Source of the DNA: Acidobacteriota bacterium
GTDB lineage: Bacteria; Acidobacteriota; Vicinamibacteria; Vicinamibacterales; UBA823
Direction: 5' to 3'
NCBI GenBank assembly: GCA_002730525.1
Contig: PCAK01000007.1
Span: forward strand, 1,409 to 65,408
Length of the DNA stretch: 64,000 nt
The position numbers were made by a program, and so were the translations under genes. This document shows, in pieces, positions 58,505-64,000 of this stretch (positions are counted from its first letter, which is position 1; each line of letters starts with the position of its first letter). The notes under the pieces are model-generated. The model made no database searches and was not told the origin of the DNA. It saw only the letters and a list, made by a program, of their open reading frames with translations.

Positions 58505-61500
58505 ATGAAGAGAACGTCGCTACTGCTCATGCTCAGTGCGCTTCTGGTGTTTGCCGGGGCCACTGATGCGATGAGTCAGCAGTTTACGGGGAACGTGCGT
58601 GGCACGGTCAGTGACGCCCAGGGGATCATCCCTGGCGTGACTGTCACCCTGGTGAACGAGGGCACGACTGTTGCCCGTGACACCATCACCAACGAGGTCG
58701 GCGAGTACGCGTTTCCCGCCGTCGCTCCGGCTACCTACTCGATCCGCACGTCGCTCCCGGGGTACAAGACCTACGAGCAGCGCGGGATCACGGTCGGCAC
58801 CCAGGCCGCTCTGACCATCGACTTGGTCCTGGAAGTCGGCACGGTTGAAGAGGAGATCACGGTAACGGCCGACGCGCCACTCATCGAGACGTCCAACGCC
58901 TCGGTCGGTGACTCGCTCGACCGCGAGATCCTCGAGACGTTGCCGGCCCCGGGCCGCAACGCCTTCCTCATTGCGGTCACCATCCCGACGGTGACGCCGA
59001 TTGGCGACCCGCAGTTCAACCGCCAGCAGGATCAGTCCAACGCCTCGCGTGTCTCGCTGGGCGGCGGCTCCATCCGTGGCAACAACTACCTCCTCGACGG
59101 TGTCCCGATTACCGAGTTGAACAACCGCGCGGTGCTCAATCCGACGATCGAGGCCCTCGCCGACGTCAAGGTCCAGGTTCACACCTACGACGCCGAGATG
59201 GGGCGGACCGGTGGCGGCGTGTTCAACACGACCGGCCGCGTCGGCACCAACGAGTTCCACGGCAGCGGCTTCTTCCAGACCCGTCCGGTCTGGGGGCAGA
59301 CCCTCAACTACTTCACCTCGGAAGCCGGCGGCACAGCGGAGAGCAGCGGCGTGGCTGACTCCTACTACCGTCTGTATGGCGGCGGCGGTGGCGGCCCGAT
59401 CATCCAGAACCGCACCTTCTGGTGGTATGCGATGGAAGGCTATCGCTCCTTCACCACGCGGTTCCAGCAGCAGATCTGGCCCGGCACCAACCAGCGCGTC
59501 GGCGACTTCTCGAAGTCGACCATCGGCGGCGCCGCGGTTCAGATCTGGAACCCGTACTGCCGTGAAGGCGCCAATTCGCGGTGCCCCGCGACCGGCAGCG
59601 GTTCGGTGGCCACCGGCGGCCTGTTCACCGGCGCGGTCATCCCGGCCGGCCACGCGGCGCTGAGCCCGGCGGCCAAGAATATGACCGCCCACTGGCCGAC
59701 CAAGACGGTCAGCGGCTCGTCCTACAACGCGAGCCAGGAAGATGGTCAGCAGAACGTCTCCGACACGTCGCGGACGATCGACTTGGCCGACATGTACACG
59801 TTCAAGGTCGAGCACAAGTTCACCGACAGCTGGTCGCTCTCCGGGATGTACATCTACAACAAGACGGACGAGCCGTCCTACTCGTACATCCTCCCCGGCA
59901 TCGCCAAGGATGACTACTTCTCCTCGAGTGGCGCCTGGTATCTCGAGCGGCGGCCGCACGTGCTGGTGTTCAACAATACGAACATCATCAACGACACCAC
60001 CGTGCTGACGACCCGCTACGGCTGGACGACTTGGCTCGACGCGACGACGCCGGGTTTCGTCGAGGGCGGCCCCTCAGGCCTCGGGTTCGCCTCCGCCTTC
60101 ACGAATGCCATTGACCAGGAGTACGGGGCGAAGATGTTCCCGAACGCCAACTTCTCTGGCAACGTGAACTACTTCGACATCGGCAAGAGCTCCGGCTCGG
60201 CCGGTCGTCGCTGGAACGCGCCCTACGCGATCAACGGCGCGATCTCGAAGTTGGCGGGCAGCCACACGTACAAGTTTGGCGCGGACTTCCGGAAGATGGG
60301 CATCCAGGGCCCGACCCGGTCGCGTCAGGCGGGCTCGTTCAGCTTCGACGAGCGGTTCACGCAAGGCCCGAACGGGGAGGGCGGCCACGAGTTCGCAACG
60401 TTCCTCCTCGGCGCGCCGCACTCGGGCAGCATCGACATCAACCGGGGCGACCTCGATGTCTACCTCAAGTACTGGGGGGCGTACTTCCAGGATGACTGGC
60501 GGGTCAACTCGCGCTTCACCCTGAACTACGGGGTCCGGATCGATCACGAAGACGGGATCCGCGAGAAGAACAACGAGTTCACCTACACGTTCGACGAGAG
60601 CGTGAAGAGCCCGCTCAACGATCAGCTGAACGCCAACGGCGTGACGGTGTCGTCGGCCCTCGGGCGGACCATCATGGGCGGCCTGCTGTTCGCGGGTGTC
60701 GATGGTGCTCCGGAACAGCACTCCAACATGCGGGCGGTGCGGCTCTCGCCGCGGTTGGGCGCGACCTACTCGGTCGACGACCGCACGGTGCTCCGTGGCG
60801 GCTACGGGTTGTTCTACGCGCCGTGGAACTTCTCGAACAGCAACCAGGGCCAGGTCGGGTTCACGCGGACGACGTCGATGAACCAGTCCGACCCGTCGAG
60901 TGAGGCTCCGATCACGGTGCTCGACAACCCGTTCCCGAACGGGCTGCAGCAGCCGCTGGGTAGCTCCACGGGGCTCCTGACCGGCATCGGCGGCAACGTC
61001 CGCTTCGTGGATGCCACGCAGCAGGCGGGCATCGTCCACCAGTACTCGATCGACATGCAGCGCGAGATTGGCGGAGATATGGCCGTCACGATCGGGTACA
61101 CCGGCGCGAGCGGGCGCGATATCGGTTTCTGCGGGTCGAACTCGTCCTGCCGGCCGAATATCAACCAGATCAGCCCGGCCACGGCCACGGCGGAGTTCCC
61201 GGGGGCCAACGGCTGGGATGCCGATAAGCTCCGGACCAGCGTGGCCAACCCCTTCCAGGGGGCGGCGGGTGCTGGTGAGTTCAAGAACCGCTCGACCATC
61301 TCGCAGGGTCAGTTGCTGCGACCGCATCCGCAGTTCAAGAACCTCGAGCGGCTCCAGCAGAACGCTGGCGGCAAGCGGCAGTACAACGCCCTGGTGTTCA
61401 AGCTCGACAAGCGAACCGGCTCCAGCTTCTGGGGCGGCCGGATGAGCTATACCTTCAGCGGCACGAAGGACAACCAGTGGGGCCAGAGCAGCGGCTTCGC

Positions 61501-62140
61501 GAGCCGGACGGCCACGCCGCAGAACTTCTACAACATCTCGAATGGCGAGTATGGCACCAGCATCTTCGACTCCCCGCACCGGATCATCCTGGCACCGATC
61601 CTCAGGATCCCGGGCCCGGCGGAGGAGGGGACGCTGGCGAGCGCCATCCTGGGTGGCTGGACGGCCTCGGCCATCGTCGAACTCGTCAGTGGCGCACCGC
61701 TCAACGTGGTCGCCAGTGGCGGGCTGTCCGACAACAACCTCGGGCTCCTGGGCGGTCACCAGCGGCCGAACCTGGTCGGCGACCCGAACACGTCGGGCAG
61801 CGACCTCGCGCGTGTGGCGTCGTCGGGTCAGACCAGCGCCCGCTGGTTCCAGGCGAGCGCCTACGCCGATGCCGGCGAGGGCACTTACGGAAACGCGCCG
61901 CGTGCCAACAGTAACGCGCGGTATCAGTTCCGGAAGAACATCGACATGGTCGTCGCGAAGGACACCAATATCGGTGGTGGCGCCGTTGCTCAGGTGCGGT
62001 TCGAAATCCTGAACATGACGAACACGCCGAAGTTCGGCGGCCTCAGCTCGAACTCGTTCAACAGCTCGACCTTCGGCCGGATCACGCAGCAGGTCGGCTT
62101 CATGCGCATCTGGCAGATCAGCTTCCGGCTGACCTACTAG
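58505..62140 (+). CDS. TonB-dependent outer-membrane receptor with N-terminal carboxypeptidase-regulatory-like domain
   Basis: 1211 aa. Signal MKRTSLLLMLSALLVFAGATDAMSQ. GTVSDAQGIIPGVTVTLVNEGT...YAFPAVAPATYSI is the CarboxypepD_reg domain, followed by the plug and barrel. The C-terminal FRLTY has an aromatic terminus. GAGGAGGG RBS. Confidence 0.88.
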   Translation: MKRTSLLLMLSALLVFAGATDAMSQQFTGNVRGTVSDAQGIIPGVTVTLVNEGTTVARDTITNEVGEYAFPAVAPATYSIRTSLPGYKTYEQRGITVGTQAALTIDLVLEVGTVEEEITVTADAPLIETSNASVGDSLDREILETLPAPGRNAFLIAVTIPTVTPIGDPQFNRQQDQSNASRVSLGGGSIRGNNYLLDGVPITELNNRAVLNPTIEALADVKVQVHTYDAEMGRTGGGVFNTTGRVGTNEFHGSGFFQTRPVWGQTLNYFTSEAGGTAESSGVADSYYRLYGGGGGGPIIQNRTFWWYAMEGYRSFTTRFQQQIWPGTNQRVGDFSKSTIGGAAVQIWNPYCREGANSRCPATGSGSVATGGLFTGAVIPAGHAALSPAAKNMTAHWPTKTVSGSSYNASQEDGQQNVSDTSRTIDLADMYTFKVEHKFTDSWSLSGMYIYNKTDEPSYSYILPGIAKDDYFSSSGAWYLERRPHVLVFNNTNIINDTTVLTTRYGWTTWLDATTPGFVEGGPSGLGFASAFTNAIDQEYGAKMFPNANFSGNVNYFDIGKSSGSAGRRWNAPYAINGAISKLAGSHTYKFGADFRKMGIQGPTRSRQAGSFSFDERFTQGPNGEGGHEFATFLLGAPHSGSIDINRGDLDVYLKYWGAYFQDDWRVNSRFTLNYGVRIDHEDGIREKNNEFTYTFDESVKSPLNDQLNANGVTVSSALGRTIMGGLLFAGVDGAPEQHSNMRAVRLSPRLGATYSVDDRTVLRGGYGLFYAPWNFSNSNQGQVGFTRTTSMNQSDPSSEAPITVLDNPFPNGLQQPLGSSTGLLTGIGGNVRFVDATQQAGIVHQYSIDMQREIGGDMAVTIGYTGASGRDIGFCGSNSSCRPNINQISPATATAEFPGANGWDADKLRTSVANPFQGAAGAGEFKNRSTISQGQLLRPHPQFKNLERLQQNAGGKRQYNALVFKLDKRTGSSFWGGRMSYTFSGTKDNQWGQSSGFASRTATPQNFYNISNGEYGTSIFDSPHRIILAPILRIPGPAEEGTLASAILGGWTASAIVELVSGAPLNVVASGGLSDNNLGLLGGHQRPNLVGDPNTSGSDLARVASSGQTSARWFQASAYADAGEGTYGNAPRANSNARYQFRKNIDMVVAKDTNIGGGAVAQVRFEILNMTNTPKFGGLSSNSFNSSTFGRITQQVGFMRIWQISFRLTY

Positions 62141-62155
62141 GCACGCTGCATGTAG

Positions 62156-62175
62156 CGCAGGGCTCTAGCCCTGCG
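62156..62175. repeat. REP-like hairpin (cgcagggc-tcta-gccctgcg)
   Basis: Perfect 8-bp stem with the same cagggc/gccctg core as the 23466..23485 hairpin. It sits 16 nt after the receptor stop codon. Confidence 0.45.
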
Positions 62176-62194
62176 GTCTGAACGACACACACCA

Positions 62195-62225
62195 GGGGGC
62201 GGCCCACGGGCCGCCCCCTTTTTTT
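62195..62225 (+). terminator. Rho-independent terminator
   Basis: gggggcggcc-cacg-ggccgccccc is a perfect 10-bp GC stem with a 4-nt loop, followed by seven T (62219..62225). Confidence 0.85.
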
Positions 62226-62293
62226 GACGGCGGACCGCCCTAGGCCAGTTCGCTTCCTTGACAGCACCGCCGTTCCTCGGAGATTGTGGAACG

Positions 62294-64000
62294 ATGAAGC
62301 GCTATTCCGTACCGGTCACGCTAGGTGTCACCATCTGGCTGGCGGTGGCAGGCACCACCGTCTCGGCGCAGCAGGCGCAGCAGATGCTCGCGGAGCGCGA
62401 GCGGCTCGACCAGACCCTCTGGCAGGCAGAGGAACTGGCGCAGCACTACGAGCAGCGCTTCGTCCGGCTCTGGGACGAGCTGCTGCGCAGCGACGCCAAG
62501 TACCAGATTCTAAAGCAGTTCCCGCTCGAGACGCTCGCGCTTGGCGATGCCGACGCGGACTCGGTCGAGTCGATGGATCTCGGCATCGCCCGTACGCGAT
62601 TCGGGCAGCCCCACCGGGAGTTGGCGACGGCGGAGTGGCAGGCGCTGCTCGAGCGCTTCGAGCGCGACGGCTACGCGATCGAGCAGACCGAGTGGCACCA
62701 CAGTCGCTTCGAGCCACCCGAGGGCGATCGAGCCGCGCGGTCGGAGGTGTCCGCCACGATTCACGCGGCACGCGCGCAGCCGGCACACCGCGTCATTCTC
62801 CGTGCCACCCTCGACGTCACCTGGTCACCCCGGGTCGATGCCCAGGACGTGCCGATCCCAGAACGGATCGCGCTCTCGAAGCTCGACCTGCTCGAACGGC
62901 ACGCGCCGGCGGCATTCGAGAAGGTCTTCGAGGTTGAACGGCTCGGCACCCGTTTTCCGATCCTGCCACTCCTCGTCTACGACCTCGACGGCGACGGCCT
63001 GTCGGAAATCATCCTGGGCGGCAGAAATCTCGCCCTCTGGAACCGCGGCGGCGGCCAGTTCGAGGCCGAGGCGTTCCTCGAGGACGGCACCGATCGCATC
63101 TTCGCTGACGCCGCGATCCTCGCCGACTTCACGAACGACGGCCATGTCGACTTCGTGGGCGTCGACCTCGAGCGGTATCCACTGCTCTTCGAGGGGAACG
63201 CCGACGGGAAGTTCACCGAGACCGGGCGCCGGATCGCCGACGTGACATTCGAGCAGCCGAAATCATTCACGGCGGGGGACGCCGACGGCGATGGCGATCT
63301 GGACCTCTTCATCGCCAACTACAAGAACGCATACGAGGGCGGCCAGATGCCGACGCCGTACTACGACGCCAACGACGGCTACCCCGCCGCCCTGCTGCGT
63401 AACGACGGCAACGGCACCTTCACCGACGTGACCGAAGCCGCGGGGCTCGCGGCCAAGCGGAATCGTCGAACCTACAGCAGCTCGTTCGTCGACCTCGACG
63501 ACGACGGCGATCAGGACCTGTTGGTCGTCAGCGACTTCGCCGGCTTCGACATGTACCTCAACGACGGCCGGGGCCGCTTTACCGACGTGGCCGACCGGTT
63601 CGGTGAAGACCGGCACCTCTTCGGCATGGCCCACACGTTCGGCGACTACGACCAGGACGGCGCACTCGACTTCTACGTCATCGGCATGAGTTCGACGACG
63701 GCACGCCGCCTGGAGAGCCTGGGCATCGGGCCAGAGGACAAACCCGAGCACAACGCCCTACGCGCCGCGATGGGCTACGGCAACCGGATGTTCCTGCGCC
63801 GCGGCGATGGCTACGAACTGGCCGAGTTCAACGACGACGTCGCGCGCAGCGGTTGGTCGTGGGGCACGTCATCGTTCGACTTCGACAACGATGGCGATCG
63901 GGACATCTTCGTCGCCAACGGCCACCTCAGCGGCGGCAGCACGGCCGACTACTGCACGACCTTCTGGCGGCACGACATCTACACCGACGACTCGCAGGAC
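62294..64000 (+). CDS. FG-GAP/VCBS-repeat protein of the CRTAC1 / ASPIC-UnbV type (3' end beyond window)
   Basis: Not in the track because it is open at the window end. ATG 62294: MKRYSVPVTLGVTIWLAVAGTTVSAQQ (signal), with 569 codons and no stop. Repeated Ca-binding-like motifs are present: DLDGDGLSEII, DADGDGDLDLFIANY, DLDDDGDQDLLVVSDF, DYDQDGALDFYV, DFDNDGDRDIFVANG. Confidence 0.8.
   Translation, partial: MKRYSVPVTLGVTIWLAVAGTTVSAQQAQQMLAERERLDQTLWQAEELAQHYEQRFVRLWDELLRSDAKYQILKQFPLETLALGDADADSVESMDLGIARTRFGQPHRELATAEWQALLERFERDGYAIEQTEWHHSRFEPPEGDRAARSEVSATIHAARAQPAHRVILRATLDVTWSPRVDAQDVPIPERIALSKLDLLERHAPAAFEKVFEVERLGTRFPILPLLVYDLDGDGLSEIILGGRNLALWNRGGGQFEAEAFLEDGTDRIFADAAILADFTNDGHVDFVGVDLERYPLLFEGNADGKFTETGRRIADVTFEQPKSFTAGDADGDGDLDLFIANYKNAYEGGQMPTPYYDANDGYPAALLRNDGNGTFTDVTEAAGLAAKRNRRTYSSSFVDLDDDGDQDLLVVSDFAGFDMYLNDGRGRFTDVADRFGEDRHLFGMAHTFGDYDQDGALDFYVIGMSSTTARRLESLGIGPEDKPEHNALRAAMGYGNRMFLRRGDGYELAEFNDDVARSGWSWGTSSFDFDNDGDRDIFVANGHLSGGSTADYCTTFWRHDIYTDDSQD

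Noticed and set aside
1-64000. CRISPR arrays, transposases, integrases, phage genes, and toxin-antitoxin or defence systems (looked for especially near the WYL regulator).
   Set aside because: There are no direct-repeat/spacer arrays. No ORF has a recognisable transposase, recombinase, nuclease or defence signature. The only repeats are the short REP-like elements reported above.

Overview
High-GC (roughly two-thirds G+C by eye) chromosomal segment. The gene content resembles a soil Acidobacteriota-like bacterium: a CarboxypepD_reg-type TonB receptor, a Ser/Thr-kinase/beta-propeller remnant, DUF5107, DUF5916 and FG-GAP/CRTAC1-type proteins. That taxonomic call is inference only. I can support about 50 protein-coding genes. 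I recognised no rRNA, tRNA, CRISPR array, transposase or integrase. The content is mostly metabolism and transport: CoA-transferase and crotonase; a YdiJ-like FAD/Fe-S oxidase; a LigB-type dioxygenase/CMD/thioesterase/YeeE block; a PaaK-like ligase; four amidohydrolase-2 enzymes; an amidase; two sulfatase-family proteins; two APC permeases; one DASS, one IT-superfamily and one OFA-MFS transporter; htpG; thrB; hisC; an M14 peptidase and an M42 peptidase pair. Observations worth a second look: (1) A YeeE/YedE transporter gene is interrupted only by an in-frame TGA at the position of a conserved pore cysteine, followed by a hairpin. This is either a selenocysteine candidate or a TGC-to-TGA nonsense mutation. 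(2) A tightly packed six-gene operon carries three tandem RraA/LigK-type aldolase paralogues, two amidohydrolases and a CDGSH/Fe-S protein. (3) Three HisC-like PLP aminotransferases carry twin-arginine-type N-termini and sit next to transporters. (4) A secreted M42 peptidase is translationally coupled to a paralogue that has lost every metal ligand I can align. (5) Several genes are disrupted: an NtrC-type regulator by TAG, pgl by a frameshift, a small membrane protein by TAA plus a frameshift, and a kinase/propeller gene by a large internal deletion. (6) Two families of structured intergenic repeats show compensatory stem changes. Most long Arg/Pro-rich ORFs in the six-frame track are off-frame artefacts of the high GC content.
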